64,000 nucleotides of DNA from an uncultured Fibrobacterota bacterium. Its GTDB lineage: Bacteria > Fibrobacterota > Chitinivibrionia > Chitinivibrionales > FEN-1185. The DNA lies in assembly GCA_963753345.1 (NCBI GenBank), contig CAVWBU010000021.1:32001-96000 (forward strand), read 5' to 3'. Under the pieces are notes generated by a model, which ran no database searches, was not told the origin of the DNA, and saw nothing but the letters and a program-made list of their open reading frames with translations. Made by a program: the position numbers and the translations under genes. Below are positions 41,657-51,209 of the stretch, piece after piece. Position 1 is the first letter of the stretch. Each line of letters opens with the position of its first letter.

Positions 41657-41697
41657 AACAGCCTCGCTGTCAAATGCTGGTTTGTCCGCGGTCCTTG

Positions 41698-42342
41698 TCA
41701 GAACCCAAAGCCCAACATTCCCTTAAAGAAGATAAACCCTCCGAGCGCCACGAGGATCACCCCGCTCACGATATTCACAACAACCGGGAATTTCCCGATC
41801 TTCCTGAACCGCGTTCTGAAGAAATGCGATGCATAGCCTGCAACGAGCATGGGAAGGGCGAACCCGAGAGAATACACAAACAGCAGAAAGATGCCCGTTG
41901 CGACTTTGCCCTGGACGGCCACCATGGCGAGAACGCTTGACAAGATAGGACCAACGCATGGGATCCAGACCACGCCGAGGACAAGGCCGAGAAGAAACCC
42001 GCCGAACCTGCCCCCGTTCTTTCCGGCCAGGTTCGACACAAAGCTCAGGTGCTCGAAAAGGTTGACATTGAACATGAGCAACAGCCCCATCAATGCGATA
42101 ATGATTGCCGCGGTTTTTTCCACAACCACCGTTTTTCCTGCGAACACCGAGCCGAAGAGCGACGACACCACCCCCATGGCCATGAATGTTATGGCCAGCC
42201 CCGACACCACGAACACCGGCCGCATCCTGTGGTCGTCCGCCGATCCCGCCACGACGATCGGCACCACGGGCAGCACGCACGGCGACAGGACGCTGGCCAC
42301 GCCGGCGCCGAAAACGAGCGCGATGTTGAGGTTCCCGCTCAT
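41698..42342 (-). CDS. ccdA: CcdA/DsbD-type transmembrane electron transporter
   Basis: LSPCVLP, WIPCVGPIL, YSLGFALP. Confidence 0.88.
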   Translation of the reverse strand: MSGNLNIALVFGAGVASVLSPCVLPVVPIVVAGSADDHRMRPVFVVSGLAITFMAMGVVSSLFGSVFAGKTVVVEKTAAIIIALMGLLLMFNVNLFEHLSFVSNLAGKNGGRFGGFLLGLVLGVVWIPCVGPILSSVLAMVAVQGKVATGIFLLFVYSLGFALPMLVAGYASHFFRTRFRKIGKFPVVVNIVSGVILVALGGFIFFKGMLGFGF

Positions 42343-42773
42343 TTCGTCTTTCCGCTTAATGCCGCGAGAATGTTGTCAGCGCTCTGGATTCCCGGCGTGA
42401 ACCGTTTCAACTCTTTTCCGTCTTTGTCAACAATAATCAGGGAAGGCAGGCCGCGTATGCCGTACGTTTCAAAAGCGTCCTGGTCCTTTGGCTCGGTCGT
42501 TTTGATATAGGTTATCGTGGCAAGGGTTGCGAGTGAGTCCTTGATTTCTCCAAGAATCGCGTTCTGCATCTGGCAAGGATGGCCGTTTGGGTTCATAAAG
42601 AAAAGAATTTTTTTTGCAGGGAGTTGTTTTCCCGTTTTCGCCAGGGTGGTGGCATCCTTTTTGGTTTGATCATGATCCGTGCTTTTGTTTGCCGCTATAG
42701 CGCCCTGTTCGGCAAATACAAATAGACCTGCTGCCAGTATTGTAGCCAATGCGATTCTGAAATGTTTATTCAT
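42339..42773 (-). CDS. Exported thioredoxin-fold protein (single Cys, GHPC)
   Basis: Signal peptide, GHPCQMQ, YGIRGLPSLIIVDKDGKE..RF. Confidence 0.75.
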   Translation of the reverse strand: MNKHFRIALATILAAGLFVFAEQGAIAANKSTDHDQTKKDATTLAKTGKQLPAKKILFFMNPNGHPCQMQNAILGEIKDSLATLATITYIKTTEPKDQDAFETYGIRGLPSLIIVDKDGKELKRFTPGIQSADNILAALSGKTK

Positions 42774-42806
42774 GAAAATCCTCCCGAATAGTATTTGTAT
42801 TACAGT

Positions 42807-42989
42807 TCACTCGCCCCGGATCGCACCCATCGGGCATGTTTCTATGCATTTTCCGCACTCAATGCATTTGTCTTTGTCAACTACCGGTGCTTTGAAACCC
42901 TCCTGAACGAGCGCGCCCGTGGGACATACCCGAGCCGCCGGGCAGGGATGGTTTTGCGGGCATTGGCGCGAGACGACTGTTACGGACAT
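42807..42989 (-). CDS. Small 4Fe-4S protein
   Basis: CPQNHPCP...VCPTGA, CIECGKCIETCPMGA; SD GGAGG. Confidence 0.85.
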   Translation of the reverse strand: MSVTVVSRQCPQNHPCPAARVCPTGALVQEGFKAPVVDKDKCIECGKCIETCPMGAIRGE

Positions 42990-43006
42990 GCTTTGCCTCC
43001 CTGCAA

Positions 43007-43171
43007 CTAAGTGCCGAAACCGGAAAGCAATGCACCAATTATCGCGCCGTACAGCGTGCTTACAAAGCGGTTGCCCGTTATCGGGCACGTGCCTGAAGCG
43101 CACCCTATGAATCTATAATATGCGAAACCGAACGCCGCTCCAACAACTATTCCAATGACAAGTTTGATCAT
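43007..43171 (-). CDS. DUF6132-like membrane protein
   Basis: GFAYYRFIGCASGTCPIT. Confidence 0.8.
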   Translation of the reverse strand: MIKLVIGIVVGAAFGFAYYRFIGCASGTCPITGNRFVSTLYGAIIGALLSGFGT

Positions 43172-43253
43172 TTTCCTTCTCCGTAATGACAACCTTTTGA
43201 AAACCGATAGCGGATTCATGATTGTTGGTTCTCTCTTTGGTGACTTTTCCTTT

Positions 43254-43267
43254 GCGCCGACCGGCGC
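43254..43267 (-). promoter_or_regulatory. Putative bacterial SECIS apical hairpin
   Basis: GCGCC-GGTC-GGCGC; the loop begins 19 nt after the UGA. Confidence 0.6.
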
Positions 43268-43272
43268 TGCCA

Positions 43273-43455
43273 TTATGCCGCTCATGTGAACCCCGGCTTT
43301 CCGCATGAGGAACCCGAACTCGCGCATGCGGAGATCTTGCGTTCCACGTCGTGCGATCCGCACCAGGGACACGCAGGAGCCTCCTGCGCGGAAAGGGGCA
43401 CCAGTTCCTCGTACTCCTTACCGCACGTTCTGCATCTGTACTCGTACATCGGCAT
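43273..43455 (-). CDS. FmdB family Zn-ribbon protein, probable selenoprotein (ends at 43282 if UGA is a stop)
   Basis: MPMYEYRCRTCG...CPWCGS...SCGKPGFT-TGA-GCG-GCA-TAA; not in the ORF track. Confidence 0.8.
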
Positions 43456-43503
43456 GATCAATTCTTCCCTATAGGTTATGATATTTAGGTTCGGATTCCT
43501 GCA

Positions 43504-43540
43504 CTACCGGCGGGGCGCGGCCTATGCCGCGCCTGCGGTA
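43504..43540. repeat. REP-like GC hairpin
   Basis: TACCG..GGCGCGGC-CTAT-GCCGCGCC..CGGTA, intergenic within the operon. Confidence 0.4.
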
Positions 43541-43549
43541 TTATGGCAG

Positions 43550-43762
43550 TCAGTTTTTCGCCTGTCCTTTGTTGGTGGCAAGTCCGAACAGCGCATACAG
43601 CGCGCAAAAACCCACTGCGCCCGTAAGGAACACAATCCCCGCAACAGCTCCCACCGCGATTGCGGCTGCTCCGGTAACGATTTTGAGCGGTATCAACGCC
43701 GCGATTAGAAGCCCGAGAACGACCCTGATGATCCTGTCTGCTGCCGATTCGTTGGTTCTCAT
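43550..43762 (-). CDS. DUF2892 (YgaP-like) membrane protein
   Basis: NESAADRIIRVVLG, TGAVGFCALY.LFG..T. Confidence 0.85.
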   Translation of the reverse strand: MRTNESAADRIIRVVLGLLIAALIPLKIVTGAAAIAVGAVAGIVFLTGAVGFCALYALFGLATNKGQAKN

Positions 43763-43825
43763 TGTACCCTCCCTTGGTTGGTAATTGGTTAGGTTCTTCT
43801 TCTTTTCACTATTGTTCAATTCACT

Positions 43826-44140
43826 TCAAGTCACTTCAAGCGCACTAAGGTATACCGGTTCCTGCTGAACGCCCACGAGCATCTTGTCAACCGCGCCGCC
43901 CTTGAAAACAACCACCGTCGGTATGCCGGTTATTCCGTACAATCCCGCGGTCTGGGGATTCTCGTCCACGTTCAGCTTGTACACCTTTGCTTTTCCAATG
44001 GCCTTGATGCTCACCTGATCGATAATCGGACCGGCAATCTTGCAGGGGCCGCACCATGGTGCCCAGAAGTCGACAAGAACAGGGACCGTGGAATCCAGAA
44101 CATCCTGTTTGAAGTTCTGATCGGTTGTTTCAAGGGCCAT
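43826..44140 (-). CDS. trxA: Thioredoxin
   Basis: VDFWAPWCGPC, ITGIPT; SD AAGGAGG. Confidence 0.95.
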   Translation of the reverse strand: MALETTDQNFKQDVLDSTVPVLVDFWAPWCGPCKIAGPIIDQVSIKAIGKAKVYKLNVDENPQTAGLYGITGIPTVVVFKGGAVDKMLVGVQQEPVYLSALEVT

Positions 44141-44189
44141 TTGATCCTCCTTTATGTTCCTGCTTTAATTGGTTCCTGTCGAGAAGAAT

Positions 44190-44205
44190 TGCAACGTGCG
44201 TGCCA
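44190..44205 (-). promoter_or_regulatory. Sigma54 (-24/-12) promoter of the trxA operon
   Basis: Minus strand TGGCAC-GCACG-TTGCA, exact consensus, 50 bp upstream of trxA and divergent from a bEBP gene. Confidence 0.88.
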
Positions 44206-44408
44206 GTTTTGGAAAGGCATTATCAAAGTAAGTTTAATGATTCACAACATACTGATTATTAGTCAATTATGGGTTTCAATCAAGTAGCTCGCAAGATGTC
44301 CTTGACATTAATTATTGCCCGAAGCTACTTTCTTTTGTTGCAAACGTTTCAAGCCGACGTTGCGTGCAACGCTTGCAAGGCTTTCTGCAACAAAAGAAGG
44401 GAATTACC

Positions 44409-45803
44409 ATGGTCTGTTTTGACCCTGAAAAAGGTTTGGCCAAGGAATGTTTTGAAACCATTCTTCAAACCATCGCCGAAGGAATCTTTATAATTGACAC
44501 TTCGGGAGTCATCAAGTTTTGCAATCGGGGCCTCGAAAGCATGACGGGGCTGCCAGCCGAGACAATCACCGGCAAACGATGCCGCGACATCATGGTATGT
44601 GCCTGCGGGTCGATGAATGAGTGCAGTCTGCTCTCCGGCGCTTCTGCCAGCAATCTCGAATGTCAATTGATGCGCGCCGACGGGACAAGGGTGCCGGTGC
44701 TCAAGAACGGCAGGCCTATGAAATCGGCCCATGGCGATATCATCGGCGCTGTGGAGACCCTCACCGACATTTCGGCACTCAGGCAGGCCGAGCGAAAAAG
44801 CGCGGCGCTCGAGGAGACTATCGAACGAGAAGGAGGGAAGTTCCATCTGCTCGTGGGAAAGAGCAGGCCCATGCAGGACGTGTTCGAGCTTATCGAGCTT
44901 GCCGCCGCGTCAAGCGCGACCGTGCTTATCACCGGCGAAACCGGCACGGGCAAGGAGCTTGCCGCGCGCACCATCCACGAGCGCAGCGGCCGGAAAAACG
45001 GCCCACTGGTGAAGGTCAACTGCTCGGCCCTCACTGAATCGCTCCTCGAAAGCGAGCTGTTTGGCCACGCAAAAGGTGCCTTTACCGGTGCAATCCACGA
45101 TAAGATCGGCCGCTTCGAGCTCGCTGATGGAGGCTCCCTGTTCCTTGACGAGATCGGCGACGTGTCGCCGTACATCCAGGTCAAGCTCCTTCGGTTCCTG
45201 CAGGAGCGCGAATTCGAGCGGGTCGGGGAGAGTGAGGTGCGCAAGGCTGACGTGCGCATCATTGCCGCGACAAACAGGGATCTGCGCGACCTGGCGAGAA
45301 ACGGAGATTTTCGCGAAGACCTGTACTACCGGCTCAAGGTTTTTCCTGTGCACATGCCGCCGCTGCGCGACCGCAAGGAGGACATCGGGCTCCTTATTGA
45401 CCATTTTATTGACAAATTCAACAAACAAACCGGTAAAAAGATTGACGGCCTCTCCTCGGATGCCGCACTCACCATGATGGACTACTGTTGGCCGGGAAAT
45501 ATCCGGGAGCTTGAAAACGCCATTGAGCACGCCTTTGTCACCTGCCGCGAAAAGGAAATCGGCATTTTCGATCTGCCTTTGGAGATCCGTCACGTGGAAC
45601 TAAGGTCGACAATATGCCTTCCAAGGGAAATGCACGCTTCTCCAGAGGAATCGACGAAAGGCAAAAAAAGGGAAATCACAAAGGGTTTATTGGTTGAGGT
45701 ATTAGAAGAAAATAAAGGCAACCGGCTGGCAGTTTCCAGGGCGCTTGGCATTGACCGCACTACATTGTGGAGGTATATGAAACGCTGGGGAGTTAAAGGC
45801 TGA
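44409..45803 (+). CDS. Sigma54-dependent activator (PAS-AAA+-Fis HTH)
   Basis: GETGTGKE, ESELFGH..GAFTGA, FLDEIGD, WPGNIREL, LGIDRTTLWR. Confidence 0.95.
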   Translation: MVCFDPEKGLAKECFETILQTIAEGIFIIDTSGVIKFCNRGLESMTGLPAETITGKRCRDIMVCACGSMNECSLLSGASASNLECQLMRADGTRVPVLKNGRPMKSAHGDIIGAVETLTDISALRQAERKSAALEETIEREGGKFHLLVGKSRPMQDVFELIELAAASSATVLITGETGTGKELAARTIHERSGRKNGPLVKVNCSALTESLLESELFGHAKGAFTGAIHDKIGRFELADGGSLFLDEIGDVSPYIQVKLLRFLQEREFERVGESEVRKADVRIIAATNRDLRDLARNGDFREDLYYRLKVFPVHMPPLRDRKEDIGLLIDHFIDKFNKQTGKKIDGLSSDAALTMMDYCWPGNIRELENAIEHAFVTCREKEIGIFDLPLEIRHVELRSTICLPREMHASPEESTKGKKREITKGLLVEVLEENKGNRLAVSRALGIDRTTLWRYMKRWGVKG

Positions 45804-46045
45804 TACCCAAAAAAAGAAGCGGCAATCCACCATTTTGCTATATTATACTCATGATGAGAAACAAGATTACATCGGACCATATTGGTATCGCCGCGGTTGG
45901 AAAACCCGACGGCGGGTGTTGTAGAAGACGTGCACTCTGTTACCGCATCCTGTGCAGCCGGGGAAATAGCTGCAAATTGCATACGAAAAGAAGATTGATA
46001 AAGTGGAATTCATATTCATCGCACCTCAAAGAACGTGAGGGTCAC

Positions 46046-48115
46046 ATGAAAAAGTTCTTGGCATGGCTTGCGGTAGGCGGTGGTTTGCTGGTGTTATGTT
46101 CGCATACGGTAAGCGCTCAATGGGTGCAGACAAATGGACCGCAGGGTGGGAATATTCGCGCTCTTGCCGTGAGCGGCAGCAACATCTTTGCCGGGACTGA
46201 TGGCGGCGTTTTTCTCTCCACCAATAACGGGACAAGCTGGACTGCGGTCAATGCCGGCCTGCCTCTGAATCCCCAGATCCAATCTCTTGCCGTGAGCGGC
46301 GGCAGCATCTTTGCCGGGACTAGCGGCGGTGTTTATCTCTCCACCAATAGCGGGACAAGCTGGACTGCGATCGACTCCGGCCTCACGGTCACTCGTGTCT
46401 TAGCTTTTGCCGTGAGCGGCAGCAGCATCTTTGCCGGGACTGGTGGTGGTGTTTTTCTCTCCACCAATAGCGGGACAAGCTGGACTGCGGTCGACTCGGG
46501 CCTCACGGATATGCAAGTCCAGGCACTTGCCGTGAGCGGCAACAATATCTTTGCCGGGACTTCAACCGGTATTTTTCTCTCCACCAATAGCGGGACAACC
46601 TGGACTGCGGTCGACTCCGGCCTGCCTCAGAATTCTTTTGTCTATTCTCTTGCCGTGAGCGGCAGCAACATTTTCGCCGGGACCAATAATGGCGTCTTTC
46701 TGTCCATAAATAAAGGAGCAAGCTGGACTGCGGTCAGCTCCGGCCTGTCTGATTCTACTCTCCATTCTTTTGCCGTGAGCGGCAGCAACATCTTTGCCGG
46801 GACTCCAACCGGCATTTTTCTCTCCACCAATAACGGGACAAGCTGGACTGCGGTCAACTCCGGCCTCACGAGTACTGATGTCTTGTCTCTTGCCGTGAGC
46901 GGCAGCAGCATCTTTGCCGGCACTAATGGCAGGGGGGTTTTCCTCTCCGCCAATAGCGGGACAAGCTGGACCGCGGTCAACTCCGGCCTCACGAGTACTG
47001 ATGTCTTTTCTCTTGCCGTGAGCGGCAGCAGCATCTTTGCCGGGACTGATGAAGGGGGTGTTTTCCTCTCCGCCAACAGCGGGACAAGCTGGACTGCGGT
47101 CAACTCCGGCCTCACGAGTACCATGGTCATGGCTCTTTTCGTGAGCGGCGGCAGCATCTTTGCCGGGACTGATGGTGGTGTTTTTCTCTCCACAAACGGC
47201 GGGACAAGCTGGACTGCGGTCAACTCCGGCCTGCCTGCGAATACGGGGTTCAGTTGTCTTGCGGTGAACGGCAGCAACATATTTGCCGGGACTAATTATT
47301 ATGGTGTTTTTCTTTCCACCAACAGCGGGACAAGCTGGACTGCGGTCAACTCCGGCCTGCCTGAGAATACTAATGTCATGTCTCTTGCCGTGAGCGGCAG
47401 CAACATCTTTGCCGGAACTCCCTATGGTATTTTTCTCTCCGCCAATAACGGGACAAGCTGGACTGAGGTCGACTCCACGATTACCGATGTCATGTCTCTT
47501 GTTGTGAGCGGCAGCAGCATCTTTGCAGGGACCGGCGTTGGTGTTTTTCTCTCAACCAATAACGGAACAACCTGGACTGAGGTCGACTCCGGCCTCACGG
47601 ATCACTATACCCAGTGTCTTGCCGTAAGCGGCAGTAACATATTTAGCGGGAGTGATTATGGTGTTTTTCTCTCCACCAACAGCGGGACAACCTGGACTGA
47701 GGTCGACTCCGGCCTCATGATTACTGATGTCGCGTCTCTTGTCGTGAGCGGCGGCAACATCTTTGCCGGGACTTGGGGTGGCGGGGTTTGGAGCAGTCCT
47801 CTTTCAGAATTGATAGGAGCAATCAAGCCTTTTTTGCAGGGAGTGAAGGTATATCCAGTTAATTTTGACATCCGCTCCCCGAGCCGCACCAACCCTAACG
47901 CAACCATTGAATTCTCTCTTTCTCATTCAGATCAGGTGTCGGTGAAGGTTTATACTCTGTCCGGCCGTGAAATAGCTACGCTTGTCAATAGGAAACTTGG
48001 GGCCGGTTCGTACAGTTTGCCCTGGGATACCCGGAACATGGCCACAGGTTGTTATTTAGTGAGAATGCAAGCAGGATCGAATGCTTATATGAAGAGCATT
48101 CCGATTTTCCGATAA
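46046..48115 (+). CDS. Secreted 14-repeat beta-propeller protein with T9SS-like C-terminal domain
   Basis: Signal peptide (VSA-Q), 14 x [LAVSGSxIFAGTxxGVFLSTNxGTSWTxVxSGL], VKVYTLSGREIATLV...GCYLVRM. Confidence 0.9.
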   Translation: MKKFLAWLAVGGGLLVLCSHTVSAQWVQTNGPQGGNIRALAVSGSNIFAGTDGGVFLSTNNGTSWTAVNAGLPLNPQIQSLAVSGGSIFAGTSGGVYLSTNSGTSWTAIDSGLTVTRVLAFAVSGSSIFAGTGGGVFLSTNSGTSWTAVDSGLTDMQVQALAVSGNNIFAGTSTGIFLSTNSGTTWTAVDSGLPQNSFVYSLAVSGSNIFAGTNNGVFLSINKGASWTAVSSGLSDSTLHSFAVSGSNIFAGTPTGIFLSTNNGTSWTAVNSGLTSTDVLSLAVSGSSIFAGTNGRGVFLSANSGTSWTAVNSGLTSTDVFSLAVSGSSIFAGTDEGGVFLSANSGTSWTAVNSGLTSTMVMALFVSGGSIFAGTDGGVFLSTNGGTSWTAVNSGLPANTGFSCLAVNGSNIFAGTNYYGVFLSTNSGTSWTAVNSGLPENTNVMSLAVSGSNIFAGTPYGIFLSANNGTSWTEVDSTITDVMSLVVSGSSIFAGTGVGVFLSTNNGTTWTEVDSGLTDHYTQCLAVSGSNIFSGSDYGVFLSTNSGTTWTEVDSGLMITDVASLVVSGGNIFAGTWGGGVWSSPLSELIGAIKPFLQGVKVYPVNFDIRSPSRTNPNATIEFSLSHSDQVSVKVYTLSGREIATLVNRKLGAGSYSLPWDTRNMATGCYLVRMQAGSNAYMKSIPIFR
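46160..47790 (+). repeat. Intragenic tandem repeat, 14 units of ~120 bp
   Basis: Recurrent GCCGTGAGCGGCAGCA..ATCTTTGCCGGGAC and GGGACAAGCTGGACTGCGGTC.ACTCCGGCCT. Confidence 0.92.
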
Positions 48116-48364
48116 ATCGCTGTTCGCAGGATCCCCGGTAAAGAGCGGATGGAAAGACTTGGAAAATTGGGAACGGTTACACTTTTCGGCAGCTGTAAAC
48201 GTATTTTAAATTTGATTGACGAGCACAGGCTGATCGAGCAGATATTGTGCCTTGGTCTCGACCCACAAGGATCTATGCTTCTCCAGGGACGGTGCCCGGC
48301 AAAAGTGATTCCGCGGATGCAACACAAGGACAGAAACAACTCTAAAAAGTAAAGGATTCGCTCC

Positions 48365-49741
48365 ATGCCTAGCGCAAAATCGGAAATTTCGAAACTTTTT
48401 TCGTGCTGGCTGTCGCTCGTTGCGGCGGCGGTCTTCTTCACCCTCCAGCCTACTCCGGCCATTGCCAAGCTTCCCCAGCACGTTCTCCTCGTGGAGAACC
48501 ACAGCGAAGTTCTTGTGCCCTGGATCCAAACCGGAGTCAAAGGCGCGGTCGTGGTGAACGTGGACGCCCATCCCGACTGTACTCCGATCACACCGGAGCA
48601 GATCGGCAGGCTCAAGCGCCTCTTCGCAGCCGGCGATCTGTCTGCGATCAGGCGGGCGGATGGCGTCGCAGACTCGGGTCTGTACAACATAGCCGATTTC
48701 ATCACTGCTGCCTATGCCCTCGGCATCGCCCGTGAGGCAGTGTGGGCCGCGCCCCTGCCTGACGATCTGAGCAGAGTATTTACACACCTTCCGTTCCGGA
48801 CGTGGCCCATAGACTCTCTCTCCGCGCTCAGGCTCCAGGGACCTGTAATCCTCACTGTGGACGCGGACGTCGTGAACCATTTCGCCAACTACCGGTGCAT
48901 AAACCTGGTCGAGGCCGTGCGCCGGATCGCGGCAACCCTCCGGGCCCTGCCCTGGGACGTGGTGCATTTGAGCGTGACCTTCTCCTGCGACGGGGGATAT
49001 CTCCCCATAAATATCCGCTGGGTAGGGAATGCCATGGTGGAGGCGCTTGAGGGGAAGGACCTGTCCCGGCCGCAGGCGCCCTGGCTCACACTTGTCAAAG
49101 TGGAGGATTGGCGCCGCAGTCTCCTGCCAAGCGAAGTCGTCAAGCGGGTTCGGCCGCTGGTGCTCCGGCAACCGGCCAATCCATGGCTCCATGTCTACCT
49201 CAGCGAGGCCCTTTTCAGGGCCGGTGACGCACCCGGCGCCCTGGCTGAAGGCAAGAAGGCGGCGCGCCTCGACCTTGGCTGCTGCCGCATCCTGCCGGAG
49301 CTTGGCAGCCAACTGGCCAGCGCGGGCCGCCTTGACGAGGCGGAGCGTTTCCTCGCGGCGGCCCCCGCCGTGGTGAACTCCAGTGCCGAGTTCACTCTGG
49401 CCCAGTGCTTGGACCGGGCCGGAAACACGGCCAAGGCAATCGAGCACTACTCTCGGATCAGGAAGGAGGCGGCCAACTACAGCGCCGATCTGTTGATCGG
49501 ATACGGGTACGAGCGTCTCGGCGATACTGCCCGGGCGCGACAACATTACTTGAGCGCGGTCGTACTGCTCGCCAGACCCGTGAGCGAGATGGCCGGCTTC
49601 GCGGACCTTACCGAGCCTGTTGCAGCCGCCGAGCGTTTCTTTCGAACCACCGGGGACCTTGCGTCTGCGCAGGCTCTTCGCCGGGATTCCCGGCTCGTCA
49701 ACTATTTCGACAAAGACGCAGGGGGAGCCTCCGGTCGCTAG
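48365..49741 (+). CDS. Exported UPF0489/arginase-like domain plus TPR protein
   Basis: VENH, VNVDAHPD, LTVDAD metal-type motifs; C-terminal TPR-like helices. Confidence 0.65.
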   Translation: MPSAKSEISKLFSCWLSLVAAAVFFTLQPTPAIAKLPQHVLLVENHSEVLVPWIQTGVKGAVVVNVDAHPDCTPITPEQIGRLKRLFAAGDLSAIRRADGVADSGLYNIADFITAAYALGIAREAVWAAPLPDDLSRVFTHLPFRTWPIDSLSALRLQGPVILTVDADVVNHFANYRCINLVEAVRRIAATLRALPWDVVHLSVTFSCDGGYLPINIRWVGNAMVEALEGKDLSRPQAPWLTLVKVEDWRRSLLPSEVVKRVRPLVLRQPANPWLHVYLSEALFRAGDAPGALAEGKKAARLDLGCCRILPELGSQLASAGRLDEAERFLAAAPAVVNSSAEFTLAQCLDRAGNTAKAIEHYSRIRKEAANYSADLLIGYGYERLGDTARARQHYLSAVVLLARPVSEMAGFADLTEPVAAAERFFRTTGDLASAQALRRDSRLVNYFDKDAGGASGR

Positions 49742-49832
49742 GCAGGGGTATCATTGGGCCGGAATCCGGGTGCGGCGAGGAAAAAAATCCGCGGGGAAGG
49801 CCTGCAAGGGCCGGCCCCAAAGCTTGAAAGTC

Positions 49833-50450
49833 CTACCGGAAATATTCGTACACCAGCAGTCCTGCCAGAACCAGAAACCAGACGCTTACGGCAAGTGCTC
49901 CCCATCGTGCTATTGAGCGAAAAAGCTTCCGCTCGCCGAGCAATCCGAATGCAGCTATCGGCATCAGAAAGAGCGATGTGCCGACAAAGAATGCCGCAAA
50001 AAGCGTTGCGCCTGCAGCCGGTCCGGACCCTTGAAAGGCTTTTGTCAATGCCAGGAGAAAGGGAGGGCAAATATTGATGCCCGTAAGAATTCCCAGAACC
50101 AGCGGCCGGTCTATGATTCCCGCCCAACGGCCGACATGGCAATGCTGGTCGCGCCGGTACGTTCGAAAGGCAGTGACCAGCAGAAAAACGGAGAACAGGC
50201 AGTAGCCTGCTGCGGTGATGAGTCCTTTTCCTTCAAAGTGAACCTGCCTTCCCAGAAGCCCGGCGGCCGCGCCCACAGCAAGGTAAGAAAAAAACCTGCC
50301 GGCCGAAAGTTCAAGAATTGCGAGCAGACTTTTTAGCAAGGTCCGGTCGTATTGCATCAGGTAGGGCGCATAAACCGGTCCGCACGTGGCCAGGCAGGTA
50401 GTTCCGGTCGCAAGGCCGAGAAGAAAACCTTGAAGCAAGGTTGCGGTCAT
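49833..50450 (-). CDS. DsbD_2/TauE-like membrane protein
   Basis: GFLLGLATGTTCLATCGP, GRFFSY, GINICPP. Confidence 0.75.
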   Translation of the reverse strand: MTATLLQGFLLGLATGTTCLATCGPVYAPYLMQYDRTLLKSLLAILELSAGRFFSYLAVGAAAGLLGRQVHFEGKGLITAAGYCLFSVFLLVTAFRTYRRDQHCHVGRWAGIIDRPLVLGILTGINICPPFLLALTKAFQGSGPAAGATLFAAFFVGTSLFLMPIAAFGLLGERKLFRSIARWGALAVSVWFLVLAGLLVYEYFR

Positions 50451-50465
50451 GGCAGAAAAGCGCAG

Positions 50466-51209
50466 TTAGTTTCTATTTTTCACCAACCTGACCGGATACC
50501 CGCATGTCTTGAGCCAGTTGCGTTCGTACTTTATGAGATAATCAACGCAGAAGCCCAGTCCATAAACGGCTGCGATTGATTCTGTGACCTCGGTGGCGCT
50601 CCACCACGCAGCCCTGTGGCCAAGGGCCCAAAACATAGAAATAGAATGCCAGGTAATGGAATCCCGCGAGTCATAGCGGAAACCGGCGGCAAAGCCTGAA
50701 AAACCGCTTCTATTGTTGTCTTTCATATTATTTCCGGGCATGCCTTCGATGCCGAACGGTTTCCAACCGCTCCGGGCTGCCAGGGATTTTGCTATTCTGT
50801 TATCCCTTCTCTCGTTGTCCCAATTGTATCCATGTTTGATCAGGTAATTCTGCAATGTATCCCAATCATCATCCGTGGGGACATGCCATCCCGGCGGAGT
50901 AAATTTTTTCGAATCAACGCAGTACCAATTGTAAAGGGCCCCGAGTCTTTTGATAGTGTCGGCATTGTTCGTATTCCCATAGTAACAATAACCGGGCGTA
51001 GTAAGAGAATGCCACGCGACGCTATCGGGCACATGCGGAATGGGGGAGCCGTCGCTCCACTTTGTGGTCCGGAAATTCTCAACAGTCCAGATTTGTTTCC
51101 CGATTTTGACCGTATGGTATGTGTTTCCGTCTGCGTCGGTTACCGTATTCCGCGTACAAAACGAAAACAAGAGTAACAACATGCTGCCTGTCAACAGTAA
51201 TGGTTTCAT
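50466..51209 (-). CDS. Fibrobacter succinogenes major paralogous (FISUMP) domain protein
   Basis: DADGNTYHTVKIGKQIWTVEN, GALYNW, PPGWHVPT..DW..L, SGFSG..AG.R, WWSAT, GYPVRLVK. Confidence 0.9.
   Translation of the reverse strand: MKPLLLTGSMLLLLFSFCTRNTVTDADGNTYHTVKIGKQIWTVENFRTTKWSDGSPIPHVPDSVAWHSLTTPGYCYYGNTNNADTIKRLGALYNWYCVDSKKFTPPGWHVPTDDDWDTLQNYLIKHGYNWDNERRDNRIAKSLAARSGWKPFGIEGMPGNNMKDNNRSGFSGFAAGFRYDSRDSITWHSISMFWALGHRAAWWSATEVTESIAAVYGLGFCVDYLIKYERNWLKTCGYPVRLVKNRN

Noticed and set aside
46160-47790. CRISPR array or DGR template/variable repeats
   Set aside because: Units are ~120 bp, in frame and protein-coding; no cas or reverse transcriptase genes; variation is not adenine-specific.
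48206-49546. Long antisense ORF (also 27058..28185, 30757..31950, 16607..17503, 281..748 and similar)
   Set aside because: Shadow frames of better-supported genes in GC-rich DNA; no recognisable motifs.
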